Source of the DNA: Candidatus Latescibacterota bacterium
GTDB lineage: Bacteria > Krumholzibacteriota > Krumholzibacteriia > WVZY01 > JAKEHA01
NCBI GenBank assembly: GCA_963761125.1
Contig: CAVXFV010000002.1
Coordinates: 207,963 to 271,962 of the forward strand
DNA: 64,000 bases
Reading direction: 5' to 3'
Part shown: positions 17,522 to 28,723 of the stretch, one piece after another
Position numbering within the stretch: the stretch's first letter is position 1
Layout of the letters: each line of letters starts with the position of its first letter
Program-made: the position numbers and the translations under genes
Notes under the pieces: generated by a model
Seen by the model: only the letters and a program-made list of their open reading frames with translations
Told to the model about the DNA's origin: nothing
Database searches by the model: none

Positions 17522-18988
17522 ATGAACGCGTTGCTGCTTGCGATGTTCTCCGCCGAAGCGCGCGCCGAGATGATCGGCAGCACGCTGGCGACGCCGATAT
17601 GGTATCCGCCGGTTCTTTCGGTGTCGTTCGGGCGGCGCGCGAATCTCGTCGCGGTACTCGAGTCGCCGGGGCCGTTCTGTTTTCTCTCGCACGACACCCC
17701 GTTCGAGGGCGCCCGCGCCCCGCTCCGCTTCTCGCGACTGTCGGGCGCCGAGGTGACCGACGTGGCGATGGCCGACAACGACCGCGTGCTCGACATCCAC
17801 GTGGTGACGCGGAACGATCGCGCGCGCCTGACGCTTTCGATCGCGCTGTTCGGATCGGCGGGAAGCGCGTGGCTGCGGCGCGATGACACCATCCTGGAGT
17901 TCGTGGGATCCGACGCGACGCCGCGACCGAACCCGAAGCAACCCGGTAACGCGCCGACCGCCGCGATCGCGCCGCCGTTCTATCTCATCGCGACCGCCCG
18001 CCCCGGCGATGCCCCGCCGTCGCCGACCAGCAACGCGCCCGGGGGCGCCGCGGTTCTCGGACCGTTCGAGTCCGCGCTCGACGCGTGCGGCGTCCTGGGT
18101 GTTCGCGTGCTCGACGGTGCGCACGAGACGATCATTCGCCGTATTGCCCGCCCGGCGCGCCGGAAGGCCGACTCGCTCCGCCGGCTCGCGTCCAATCTGG
18201 AGGCCGACATCGCCAATGCCGCGCTGCACGAGCGCGAACGCCGCGAGGCGGAGACGCTGGCGGCGTATCAGACACGCGTGCCTCCGGGGGCGTCGGAGGT
18301 GGAACTGCCCGACCCGTACGATCCCGAGCGGGTCATGCGGATCGAGCTGGAGCCGTCCAAACCCTTGCGCGCGCAGATCGAGAAGCGATTCAAGCGCGCC
18401 ACCAAGATGGAAAAGCGCGTCGGTCACGCGACGCGACGCCTCGACCTCGCACGTCGCGAGGCCGACGACCTCGACGCGTCGCTGCGGCTTCTGGAGGCGA
18501 CCCAGTCCTTCACCGACGCACTACGCCTGGTGGAAGCGATGCGCGCGAAGTTCTCGATCGAACTCGAGGACCGCGCCCCGCCGATCGGTGGGCCTCGCAA
18601 ACGAGTTCAGGAAAAGACCTATCGCGAAATCGATCTGGATGCGCACTGGTTCGTCATTGTGGGTCGAAGCAACCACGAAAACGACGAGATCACGTTCAAG
18701 GTCGCGGCGCCAACGGACCTCTGGTTCCACGCGCATGGCGTTCCGGGATCGCACGTCGTCCTCAAGGCACGGGGCGGCGGCGACGGACCGTCGGCGCGCA
18801 TCGTCGAGCGAGCCGCTTCGGTGGCAGCGCACTACTCCAAGGCCCGCCACAGCGGGCTGGTCCCGGTCATCTACACCCAGCGCAAGTACGTGCGGAAGTT
18901 TCGCGGGGCGGCACCCGGCGAAGTGACGTGCGAGCGCGAGAAGATGGTGATGGTCGCGCCGATCCTGCCCGAGCCCGTCATCGAGTAG
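17522..18988 (+). CDS. NFACT-family protein, RqcH (ribosome quality control) -like
   Basis: The N-terminal NFACT-N-like region contains NDRVLDIHV (DR motif). The C-terminus is NFACT-R/DUF814-like (WFVIVGRSNHENDEITF...WFHAHGVPGSHVVLK). Confidence 0.7.
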   Translation: MNALLLAMFSAEARAEMIGSTLATPIWYPPVLSVSFGRRANLVAVLESPGPFCFLSHDTPFEGARAPLRFSRLSGAEVTDVAMADNDRVLDIHVVTRNDRARLTLSIALFGSAGSAWLRRDDTILEFVGSDATPRPNPKQPGNAPTAAIAPPFYLIATARPGDAPPSPTSNAPGGAAVLGPFESALDACGVLGVRVLDGAHETIIRRIARPARRKADSLRRLASNLEADIANAALHERERREAETLAAYQTRVPPGASEVELPDPYDPERVMRIELEPSKPLRAQIEKRFKRATKMEKRVGHATRRLDLARREADDLDASLRLLEATQSFTDALRLVEAMRAKFSIELEDRAPPIGGPRKRVQEKTYREIDLDAHWFVIVGRSNHENDEITFKVAAPTDLWFHAHGVPGSHVVLKARGGGDGPSARIVERAASVAAHYSKARHSGLVPVIYTQRKYVRKFRGAAPGEVTCEREKMVMVAPILPEPVIE

Positions 18989-18999
18989 TCCCCGTAGAC

Positions 19000-19266
19000 A
19001 AAAAGAAAAGAGGGAAGCACCGAAGTACTTCCCTCTTTCCGTGTCCAGAGAGCGCTGCCGCTCGGAATCACGCTAAGGGCAAGGGCTATGATTCACTTGG
19101 CTTGGCGAGCCACTCAGGGGAAGGCACCCAATTCCACCGATCCAGGGACCGGCGGAGGAGTACGCAGCCTCCATGACATCGCTCTCCGGCTCTGCGACAC
19201 CGCCTCTTCCTGTATCCCGGCACCCCGTTGCTGGAGCACCCTTCGTTAGCACAGCGTCGCAGTGAC
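19000..19266 (-). ncRNA. candidate sigma-54-dependent transcript of unknown function (sRNA or small-peptide mRNA)
   Basis: It is bounded by the sigma-54 promoter (19277-19292) and the terminator (19009-19036). The ORFs in it have poor third-position G+C compared with neighbouring genes. The ATG at 19270 lies at or upstream of the predicted TSS. Confidence 0.35.
19009..19036. terminator. bidirectional intrinsic terminator hairpin
   Basis: The stem is AGAGGGAAG / CTTCCCTCT with a 10-nt loop. On the minus strand it is followed by TTTTCTTTTTGT, which is strong. On the plus strand it follows the RqcH-like stop, with only a weak U tract. Confidence 0.7.
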
Positions 19267-19276
19267 TCATGCAATG

Positions 19277-19292
19277 TGCAATTGATATGCCA
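19277..19292 (-). promoter_or_regulatory. sigma-54 (-24/-12) promoter
   Basis: The minus strand reads TGGCATATCAATTGCA. This matches TGGCAC-N5-TTGCA with exact GG-to-GC spacing. Confidence 0.55.
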
Positions 19293-19331
19293 AGATGCGT
19301 GGTCGGAGTCGATTGTCCGTCGCGTTATGTC

Positions 19332-19356
19332 TTGTGGTCACAACGTGATACACGTT
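19332..19356. promoter_or_regulatory. palindromic element upstream of the sigma-54 promoter (candidate enhancer-binding-protein site)
   Basis: AACGTGATACACGTT is a perfect 6-3-6 inverted repeat (19342-19356). It is adjacent to TTGTG-gt-CACAA (19332-19343). It is centred about 60 bp upstream of the -24 element. Confidence 0.3.
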
Positions 19357-19441
19357 CACGTCCACCTGTTTCCCGGAAGCGCGAAACGGGTGGCGTAAAA
19401 AAATCTTACGAATGGAAAAGAAAACTTACGAAACGAGGAAT

Positions 19442-19831
19442 CTAACGATCGACGAAGCCACCCTCAGTATTGAGGGTGCCGACCCACGGTTCGACATCCG
19501 GAATCCCGCCCTGATAGACGTCGGTCCCGAAGTTAACCCAGTAGATCGTAAGCGTTTCGATCGCGGCGGTCCCGGGTCCCTTGGGAAGCGGCGTTCCGGG
19601 ATAGAGCGAGACGGTCACGCGGATCTTGTTCGACAACTCCGGGTCGCACTTGACGAGCAACGCGACTGAGGTGGTGAATCGGAGTGTTTGCCCCCCGTAC
19701 GTGATCGTCGACGTGCCCGCCGGAACCTTCTTCTCGAGCGGTGCCAGCAGTTCATCGCCGAAGCTGAGCGCCGGCAGGACCGGGATCAGCACCAGAAATA
19801 CGGCGAGGACAATTCGTCGGAGGAGCTTCAT
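19442..19831 (-). CDS. small secreted hypothetical protein
   Basis: ORF 19442..19834 has a signal peptide (MKLLRRIVLAVFLVLIPVLPALSFG). I recognise no family. G+C is lower than in surrounding genes. Confidence 0.5.
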   Translation of the reverse strand: MKLLRRIVLAVFLVLIPVLPALSFGDELLAPLEKKVPAGTSTITYGGQTLRFTTSVALLVKCDPELSNKIRVTVSLYPGTPLPKGPGTAAIETLTIYWVNFGTDVYQGGIPDVEPWVGTLNTEGGFVDR

Positions 19832-19879
19832 CACGCCAACTATAGCAGGCTTTTCCCGTTTCGGGTAGGCCCAAGTTGA

Positions 19880-21804
19880 TTACCCGACCGGGGAATTCCC
19901 GGCAAGGCCACTGCCCGGAATCCGCATATCGCCGCGCCGAACCGTGACCCGGCGGGCGTCGAGGTACTCCAGGAGCGGAACCGCGTGCTTGCGCGACACC
20001 CCCAATGCATCCCGGATATCGCCGACGGTGATTTCCGGGCGCGTCGCAAACAGCGCACGCACAGCGTCCAGGCATCGGCTCATTGCCGTGACGTGCATGA
20101 GACCGTCCCCCACCTCGACCGCGCGATTCGCCTCCCGCAGGTAGCGGGCGGCCTCCGCGAACGGCTCCGGCGCCGACCACGCACGTTCCGCCTCGGCGCG
20201 CGACAGAAAGGCGACACCGGCCGCTTCCAGCGCGCGGTCGAGCGCGGCGAGAGCATCGCGCAGCCCGGGCGTGAGGTGGATGTCCGAATCCCCCGCCCGA
20301 ACGCGGTCTTCGCGGACGAACAGCGGGTGCGTCGCGGAGACGACGTCGATGACGCGGTTGAACAATGCGGCCGGGTGCGGGAAATCGACGCGGCGACGGA
20401 GTTCCTCCTTGTCGATACCCCATTGCAATGGATGTCGGGACGTGTGCTGCGTCGCCAGCGCGATCGCGCGCTCGGCCAGCGCGTCGAGCGCATCCCGCGC
20501 GAAAACGCGGCCCGCGATTGCCGTCGCGTCGCCGCGCGCGAGGATCGGCGCCGCAGTTTCCGCGTCGATGTCCGCCTCGACCAGGCCGTTCATTCCGGCG
20601 CGTTCGATCATCCGCGCGAGGATCGTTTCCGGATCGCCTTGCTCGCGCGTCGTCAGTCGCTCGATCACCGATGCGTCGTGGCGCCGGTGCACGTCGGCGC
20701 GCGCGTCGATCACCCGTCCGCCCGCGATGACGCGCGGCGGCGAATAGCGCCTGAACACCAGCCGGTCGCCCGCGTCCGTCACCATCGGAGACTCCAGGCG
20801 GAGCTGCGCCAGCGCGGTGCCGTCCGCTCCCAGGTCGTCGGTGTTCAGCAGCACGACGCGGCCCAGCAGTTCGCGGGCGCCGTGGTGCACGCGCACGCGC
20901 TCGCGATTCTTCAACACGATGTCGTCGAGCGCGGTGAGCGTGATGCGCACGTCGACCGTGCGGCTCGCGACGAACCGCCCCGGCGTGGCCAGCGTGTCAC
21001 CGCGCGCAATCTGATCGAGTTTGACGCCGTGGAGCGCCAGCGCGAGTCGCTCGCCGGCGGTTCCCTGCGCGCGCTTTGCACCAAAACTCTGCACCTCGCG
21101 TACCCGCACGCGCAATCCCGACGGCAGGAGGTCGAGTTCGTCGCCGACGGCGACGCGGCCCGAGTAGCCGCTGCCGGTGACGACGACGCCGATCCCCTTT
21201 TGATGAAACACGCGGTCGATCGCCAGACGAAACGGGCCCGACGCATCCCGGCTTTCGATGCCGCGCGCGATCGCGAGCAGGCTCGCGCGCAGCGCGTCGA
21301 GGCCCGCGCCCGTTCGCGCCGACGCCTCGATGACGGGGGCGCCTTCGAGAAACGTACCGCGAACGAGTTCGGCGATCTCTTCCTTGAGCAACGGAAGCGT
21401 GTCGTCGGTCGCGAGGTCCGACTTGGAGATGACGACCACGCCGTGGCGTACGTCGAGCGCACGCAACACGTCGAGGTGCTCGCGCGTTTGTGGCATCACG
21501 CCTTCGTCCGCGGCGACCAGCAACAGGGCCAGGTCGATCCCGCCGGCGCCGGCCACCATCTGCCGCACGAAGCGCTCGTGACCGGGGACGTCGATGATAC
21601 CGACGAACACGTCATCCGCGAGCGCAAGCGGCGCAAAGCCGAGCTCGATCGAGATCCCGCGTTCCTTTTCTTCCTTCAGACGATCGGTATCGACGCCGGT
21701 GAGCGCCCGGACGAGTTCGGTCTTGCCGTGGTCAACGTGTCCGGCGGTGCCGAGAATGAAATGTCGCGCCGCCGCGGCGCCCGCGATGCCGTCCGGGGGT
21801 TCAC
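19880..21804 (-). CDS. selB: selenocysteine-specific translation elongation factor (start region disrupted or non-canonical)
   Basis: The in-frame G domain reads [16 protein letters not shown]...DVPGHERF...SKSD. The C-terminus is winged-helix ([29 protein letters not shown]). No canonical start lies in frame upstream of the P-loop. The GTG at 21804 is one base out of frame across a C5 run. Confidence 0.85.
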
Positions 21805-21805
21805 A

Positions 21806-23059
<1,254 letters not shown>

Positions 23060-23087
23060 GTGTGCTCTTTCGTGTGCGCGGTCCGGT

Positions 23088-23966
23088 TCAATCCGCGCGA
23101 TGGCCGATGACGACCCGATCGCGGCCCGATAGATCCGTAAAGACGTCGACGCCCTCGAATGCGGCGGCGTCCAGCATGGACGATACCGCCGCGCCCTGCG
23201 TGTCGCCGATCTCGAACATCACGAAACCGCCGGGCAGCAGGCATCGTGCCAGCATCGGCACGGCGGCGCGATAGAAATCGAGGCCGTCGGGCCCGCCGTC
23301 GAGGGCGCGGACGGGCTCGTGGTCGCGGACTTCCCGCGGCAATGCGGCGAGTTCCCCCGACGGAATGTAGGGCGGATTGCACAGGATCGCGGCGAAGCGG
23401 TCGCGCGTCGTCGCCAGGTAGTCGAGCGCGTTGTCCCGCACGAGGCGCACGCGATCCGCGACCTCGTTGAGAAGCGCGTTGTCCGCGGTCAACTCGACGG
23501 CCACGTCCGATATGTCCACGACGGTGACGCCGGCGTTGGGGACAAGCGCCGCGATCGACACGCCGATGATACCACTGCCGCAGCACAGATCGAGCACGGT
23601 GGCGGGGCGGTGAAGCGGCCGCGCGCTCAGGATCGCCTCGGCGCGTTCGACGAGGACCTCGGTGTCGGGGCGAGGAACGAACACGCCGCGCCGCATCTCG
23701 AACGGGAGGGACATGAACTCCGTCGACCCCAGGATATACTGCAACGGCTCGCGCGCCGCACGTCGTTCGACGATCCCCCAGTATTCATCCACGCGGTCTT
23801 CCGACAGTTCGAGGCTCGCCTGAACATAGAGGTCGAGCATCCCCACGCCGAGCGACGCGCACAGCATCCACTCCGCGTTTCGACGCGCGTTGGGAACGCC
23901 GTTGTTGGTCAGATGGACTTCGGCGCGATTGAGGATCTCGCGAATGGTTTCCGTGCGCGGACGCAT
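23088..23966 (-). CDS. prmC: peptide chain release factor N5-glutamine methyltransferase
   Basis: It has the SAM-binding DLCCGSG and the catalytic NPPY (CNPPYIP). It sits next to prfA. Confidence 0.9.
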   Translation of the reverse strand: MRPRTETIREILNRAEVHLTNNGVPNARRNAEWMLCASLGVGMLDLYVQASLELSEDRVDEYWGIVERRAAREPLQYILGSTEFMSLPFEMRRGVFVPRPDTEVLVERAEAILSARPLHRPATVLDLCCGSGIIGVSIAALVPNAGVTVVDISDVAVELTADNALLNEVADRVRLVRDNALDYLATTRDRFAAILCNPPYIPSGELAALPREVRDHEPVRALDGGPDGLDFYRAAVPMLARCLLPGGFVMFEIGDTQGAAVSSMLDAAAFEGVDVFTDLSGRDRVVIGHRAD

Positions 23967-23972
23967 GCGGGA

Positions 23973-25049
23973 CTACTTGGTCGACGCGCGCTGAGCGGCG
24001 CGTTCCATCACGTCGGCTCTCCGCAATGCCTCGATCAGCTCGTCGAGATCGCCGTCCATGATGCTGTTGAGCGTATGCGTGGTGAAATTGATGCGGTGAT
24101 CGGTTACGCGCTGCTGGGGAAAATTGTAGGTGCGAATCTTGGCGCTGCGATCCCCGGAACCGATCTGGCTCTTGCGTTCCGCGGACAGCTTCTGTTCCTG
24201 CTCGCTGCGCGCGCGATCGAGCAGACGCGCCTGCAGCACCTTCATCGCCTTCGCGCGGTTCTTGATCTGCGACCGCTCTTCCTGGCAGGTGACCACCAGA
24301 CCGGTCGGAATGTGCGTGATGCGCACCGCGCTGTCGGTGGTATTGACGCTCTGGCCGCCCGGACCGCTGGAGCGATAGACGTCGATGCGCAGATCGTTGG
24401 GATCGACCGTGGCATCGACCTCCTGCGCCTCCGGCAGTACCGCGACCGACGCCGCCGACGTATGAATACGCCCGCTCGCCTCCGTCTCCGGAACCCGCTG
24501 GACGCGGTGCACGCCGCTTTCGTACTTCAGCGCGCCGAACGCGCCCGGCCCGGCGACGAGCAGCACCACTTCCTTGAATCCGCCCATGCCGGTCTCGTTG
24601 CTGCTCAACACCTCCGCCTTCCAGCCTTTGCGCTCGATGTAGCGTGTGTACATGCGCAGCAAATCTCCCGCGAACAGCGCCGACTCTTCGCCGCCGGTGC
24701 CCGCGCGGATTTCGAGGATCGTGTTCTTGTCGTCGTTCGGATCCTTCGGCACGATCAAGAGCTGGAACTTCTCCTCCAGCTCGTCGAGTTCGGCGTCGAG
24801 ACCGTCCATCTCCGCGCGGGCGATCTCGACGAGTTCAGGATCGTCGTTGGCGGCGATGATCTTCTTGCTGTCCTCGATCGTCTCGACGAGCTTCTTCAGC
24901 CGCCTGGTCACTTCGACCAGCTCTTCCATGTCCGAGCGTTCCTTGGCGAGCTTGCGCCAGCGCGCGTTGTCGCGAATGACCTTCTCGTCGGAAATGAGAC
25001 CGGTCAACTCGTTGAATCGGGCAAGAATCTGATCGTATCGTGTCGTCAT
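23973..25049 (-). CDS. prfA: peptide chain release factor 1
   Basis: It has the GGQ motif ([11 protein letters not shown]) and the RF1-type PxT tripeptide (RVPETE). Confidence 0.95.
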   Translation of the reverse strand: MTTRYDQILARFNELTGLISDEKVIRDNARWRKLAKERSDMEELVEVTRRLKKLVETIEDSKKIIAANDDPELVEIARAEMDGLDAELDELEEKFQLLIVPKDPNDDKNTILEIRAGTGGEESALFAGDLLRMYTRYIERKGWKAEVLSSNETGMGGFKEVVLLVAGPGAFGALKYESGVHRVQRVPETEASGRIHTSAASVAVLPEAQEVDATVDPNDLRIDVYRSSGPGGQSVNTTDSAVRITHIPTGLVVTCQEERSQIKNRAKAMKVLQARLLDRARSEQEQKLSAERKSQIGSGDRSAKIRTYNFPQQRVTDHRINFTTHTLNSIMDGDLDELIEALRRADVMERAAQRASTK

Positions 25050-25142
25050 AACCGGCTTCTTGCGGGCAACGGATGCGCGCGGTGTCTGAATCTAAGGACC
25101 GTGGTAGTTCGAACACGACGGGTCGTCGCGCGTTCTAAACCG

Positions 25143-26051
25143 CTAGTTGGAGGGAATCTCCAGTTTCGCGCCCTGATAGTCGAGGCACGCCACCAGCGCC
25201 GCGATCGCGACTTCCAGCATATCATCGCTCGGTTCGCGTGTCGTGACCTTTTGGAGCGTCAGGCCGGGCCAGATGGCGGGCTGCATGAAGCGGGCAAAGC
25301 TCTCCTTCGCGGAAAGCCGGATGAACTCGTAGGAGATACCGCCGATGACCGGAATCATGGCGAAACGAAGCAAACGGTCGCCCCAGGTTTCCGGGCGGCC
25401 GAGCATCGAAAACACGACGATGCTCATCAGCATCACGACCAGCAGGAAGCTCGTACCGCAACGCGGGTGGAGCGTCGTGTAGGGCCGCGCGTTGTCGACG
25501 GTCAGGTCCTGCCCGTTTTCGAACACGTAGATCGTCTTGTGCTCGGCGCCGTGGTACTGAAAGATGCGCTTCATTTCCTTCCACTGCGCGATCGCCATCA
25601 GGTAGCCCAGGAAGAACACCAGGCGGATGGCGCCGTCAATCAGGTTGAAGCCGATACCGTTCTTGACGCCGGTCAACCCGGTCAGCCACAGGGGCAGAAA
25701 GAAGAAAATCAGAAAGCCCGCGCCGAGCGCGAACGCCATCGACCCGAGAATCGAGAGGTTCGTCGCCGCGGTCTTCTTGGGGTTGGGGTCGCTCGAGTCG
25801 TCCGCCGCCTGCGACGCCGAATACGACAGCGACTGGATCCCGATCCACATCATCTCGACGAGGCCGATCGCCCCGCGGACGATCGGCAGGTTGAGGAACC
25901 GGAAGCGGTGCGTCAGCGCGACGAACCGGTTCTTCTGGATAACAATGGTCCCCTGCGGCGTGCGCACGGCCGTCGCGTAGACGGTCGGCGACCGCATCAT
26001 GACGCCCTCGATGACCGCCTGGCCACCGACGCTGATGCGCTTCTTCGGCAT
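25143..26051 (-). CDS. DUF1385-domain membrane protein
   Basis: The N-terminus reads ISVGGQAVIEGVMMRSP, and it contains YHGAEHK. It shows the usual linkage to prfA/prmC. Confidence 0.85.
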   Translation of the reverse strand: MPKKRISVGGQAVIEGVMMRSPTVYATAVRTPQGTIVIQKNRFVALTHRFRFLNLPIVRGAIGLVEMMWIGIQSLSYSASQAADDSSDPNPKKTAATNLSILGSMAFALGAGFLIFFFLPLWLTGLTGVKNGIGFNLIDGAIRLVFFLGYLMAIAQWKEMKRIFQYHGAEHKTIYVFENGQDLTVDNARPYTTLHPRCGTSFLLVVMLMSIVVFSMLGRPETWGDRLLRFAMIPVIGGISYEFIRLSAKESFARFMQPAIWPGLTLQKVTTREPSDDMLEVAIAALVACLDYQGAKLEIPSN

Positions 26052-26075
26052 GTTCGCCTGGATGGGAGAGCCGCG

Positions 26076-26339
26076 CTACTCGGAGGTGCCGCCGACGTCT
26101 TTGTACTTGTACTTCTCGCGGAAGCGTTCCACACGACCCGCCGTGTCGACGAGCTTGCGCTTGCCGGTGAAGAACGGGTGAGACGCCGACGAGATTTCCA
26201 TGCGGACGACGTAGTGTTTGACGCCGTCGATGTCACGGGTCTCGCTGCTCGTCATCGTCGAGCGAGTGATGAACTCGGCGCCGACGCTCGGGTCGACGAA
26301 CACCACGGGGTGGTACTGCGGATGGGTTTCCTTCTTCAT
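26076..26339 (-). CDS. rpmE: 50S ribosomal protein L31, type B (no CxxC)
   Basis: The sequence reads MKKETHPQYHPVVF...SASHPFFTGK. Confidence 0.9.
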   Translation of the reverse strand: MKKETHPQYHPVVFVDPSVGAEFITRSTMTSSETRDIDGVKHYVVRMEISSASHPFFTGKRKLVDTAGRVERFREKYKYKDVGGTSE

Positions 26340-26444
26340 TTCGTTTGACTCCCGGCACTTATGGGCCTGAAACCGGCATTATAGCGGGTCGGCGGTCCGG
26401 GCGCAAGGGCCGTGCCCGGGGGCGGACCGGCGGCGTTCCGGCGG

Positions 26445-26951
26445 CTAGAATCCGCTCGCGGCCACGAAGCGGGCCACCGCCTCGTGGTGCTCCGCCCATG
26501 ATTCCCACACCGCCCGGGCCCAGGTTTCGGCCCGCTGCAGGTGGTCGGCGGCGTTTTCCGCGACCGCCACATCGAGGATCGTCAGGGGCGACGGAAACTC
26601 GGGAGGATCGAAGTGGGGCCACTCGCGGACGGCATCCGCGAGCCGCCGCAGCATGTCGGGAACCCGGCCGGGCTCCATGCAGATCGAAAAGGCGGCGTGG
26701 AGTCCCACGAGATGGACGTCGACCGACTTGTCCGGGTGCTTGCCGCCGGCGTGTTGCACCGCGTACGCGTCCACGATCATCTGGTGGACGGGTCCGTGGG
26801 TTTGCGGATTGCTGAACGACACCGCGAGGACTTCCTCGAAGATCACCCAGCACTCCGGCGAACTATTGAAATAGCCGTCGTATCCGGCCTTCGGACTCGG
26901 CGGCATCTGAAGTCCGCACCCCGGGCACTCGCGTCGCACTTTGCTAGACAT
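26445..26951 (-). CDS. DUF5946-like hypothetical protein
   Basis: It has an N-terminal CPGCG and VHQMIVDAYAVQHAGG, a pattern I associate with DUF5946. This is from memory only. Confidence 0.55.
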   Translation of the reverse strand: MSSKVRRECPGCGLQMPPSPKAGYDGYFNSSPECWVIFEEVLAVSFSNPQTHGPVHQMIVDAYAVQHAGGKHPDKSVDVHLVGLHAAFSICMEPGRVPDMLRRLADAVREWPHFDPPEFPSPLTILDVAVAENAADHLQRAETWARAVWESWAEHHEAVARFVAASGF

Positions 26952-27121
26952 GCCATCTCCTCGGTTCGGGATCGCGCGTCTCCACGTCCTCGCGCCGACC
27001 GGCGTGCGTCGCCGGCCGCGGTCGATGCTAACGAACGCGACCGCAACCCGGAAAGCAGTTTTCGCGCCGGCGAAAGCGACCGTTCAGCAAGCACTTGATG
27101 CCGCCCGCCACGGCGCCGCTT

Positions 27122-27157
27122 ACGAAAAAGCGCCCCCCTCGTTTCGAGAGGGGCGCT
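27122..27157 (-). terminator. intrinsic terminator downstream of rho
   Basis: The minus strand reads AGCGCCCCTCTC-gaaac-GAGGGGGGCGCT followed by TTTTTCG. Confidence 0.7.
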
Positions 27158-27191
27158 CGTTGCGCAGACCCAAGTTGCGAAAAACCCTGCA

Positions 27192-28439
27192 CTAGGCATT
27201 CATCGACTTCAGGAACTGCGCATTTGTTTTGGTCTTGCCGAGCTTGTCGAGGAGGAACTCCATCGCCTCGATCAGCGGCTTGTCCGCGAGGAACTTCCGC
27301 AGGATCCAGATCTTGTCCAGGTCCTTCTTGTCGATCAGGAGTTCTTCCTTACGGGTGCCGGACTTGAAGAGGTCCACCGCGGGGAACGTTCGCTTGTCGC
27401 TGAGGCGGCGGTCAAGAACAAGTTCCATGTTACCGGTGCCCTTGAACTCCTCGAAGATGACCTCGTCCATGCGGCTGCCCGTTTCGATCAGCGCGGTCGC
27501 GATGATCGTGAGGCTCCCGTTGCCCTCGATATTGCGCGCGGCGCCGAAGAACCGCTTCGGGCGCTGCAGCGCGTTCGAGTCGACGCCGCCGGAGAGGATC
27601 TTCCCCGAGTGAGGCACGACCGCGTTGTGCGCGCGGGCGAGTCGCGTGATCGAGTCCAACAGGATCACGACGTCTTTGCCGTGCTCCACCAGGCGCTTGG
27701 CCTTCTCGATCACCATGTCCGCCACCTGCACGTGGCGTTCGGCGGGCTCGTCGAAGGTCGAACTGATGACCTCGCCCCTCACCGAACGCTCCATATCGGT
27801 GACTTCCTCGGGGCGCTCGTCGATCAACAGAACGATCAGGTACACCTCGGGATGGTTGGCCGTGATGGCGTTGGCGATCTTCTGGAGGAGGATCGTCTTA
27901 CCGGTTCGCGGCTGCGCGACGATCAGGCTTCGCTGTCCCTTGCCGATGGGACAGATCAGGTTGATCAGGCGTGTCGACAGATCCTCGGGGTCGTGCTCGA
28001 GGTTGAACGCCTCCTGCGGATACAGCGGCGTCAGGTTGTCGAAGAACGGCTTGGTCTTGGCGACATCCGGATGTTCGTGATTCACCGCTTCGACGCGAAG
28101 CAGCGCAAAGTATCGTTCCGAATCCTTCGGGCTGCGAATCTGCCCCGACACCGTGTCGCCGGTACGCAGATCGAACTTCTTGATCTGAGACGGCGAGACG
28201 TAGATGTCGTCGGGACCGGGGAGGTAATTGTAGTCCGGCGAGCGGAGAAAGCCGTACCCCTCCGGCAGAACCTGCAGGACGCCTTCGGCGAAGATCAGGC
28301 CGTTCTGCTGGGTTTGAGCCTCGAGGATTTTGAAGATCAGCTCCTGCTTGCGCATGCTGCTGGACCCCTCGATTTCGAGGGTGTTGGCAACATCCAGCAA
28401 CTCGGAGATGGTCTTCCCCTTAAGTTCCGCGATGTCCAT
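27192..28439 (-). CDS. rho: transcription termination factor Rho
   Basis: I chose the start [15 protein letters not shown] at 28439 because an AGGAG lies ~8 nt upstream. It has the CSD-like [22 protein letters not shown] and the P-loop PRTGKT. Confidence 0.95.
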   Translation of the reverse strand: MDIAELKGKTISELLDVANTLEIEGSSSMRKQELIFKILEAQTQQNGLIFAEGVLQVLPEGYGFLRSPDYNYLPGPDDIYVSPSQIKKFDLRTGDTVSGQIRSPKDSERYFALLRVEAVNHEHPDVAKTKPFFDNLTPLYPQEAFNLEHDPEDLSTRLINLICPIGKGQRSLIVAQPRTGKTILLQKIANAITANHPEVYLIVLLIDERPEEVTDMERSVRGEVISSTFDEPAERHVQVADMVIEKAKRLVEHGKDVVILLDSITRLARAHNAVVPHSGKILSGGVDSNALQRPKRFFGAARNIEGNGSLTIIATALIETGSRMDEVIFEEFKGTGNMELVLDRRLSDKRTFPAVDLFKSGTRKEELLIDKKDLDKIWILRKFLADKPLIEAMEFLLDKLGKTKTNAQFLKSMNA

Positions 28440-28723
28440 TCGTTTTGCTCCTAGTGAAGACACGTGGCAGGTCGGGCATTAGCCAGCCCGGTGGGAAAGA
28501 GTCAAAGTGTCAACGGAGGGTGCACTCCGTCAGGAATTGATACCGTCGTTGCCGCATCGGCAGGAAACAGTTCATCTGGGAAATTTGCGTTAACCGATTT
28601 GTGAGCAAAGTGTCTGGAGTGATCTGCCCGGGTTGTCGGCGGGGCGGTAGGTGCCGCCGGGTCGTGTGAAATGCAAATCCCGTTCCACACGATCCGGCGG
28701 TGCCGCCGTCTGGCCGTCCTTCG

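Noticed and set aside
19073-19274. The 65-aa and 62-aa ORFs in the sigma-54 transcript region, considered as protein genes.
   Set aside because: Their third-position G+C is much weaker than in neighbouring genes. There is no SD, and the starts lie at or upstream of the predicted TSS. The sequences are not protein-like. I kept only a low-confidence small-peptide alternative.
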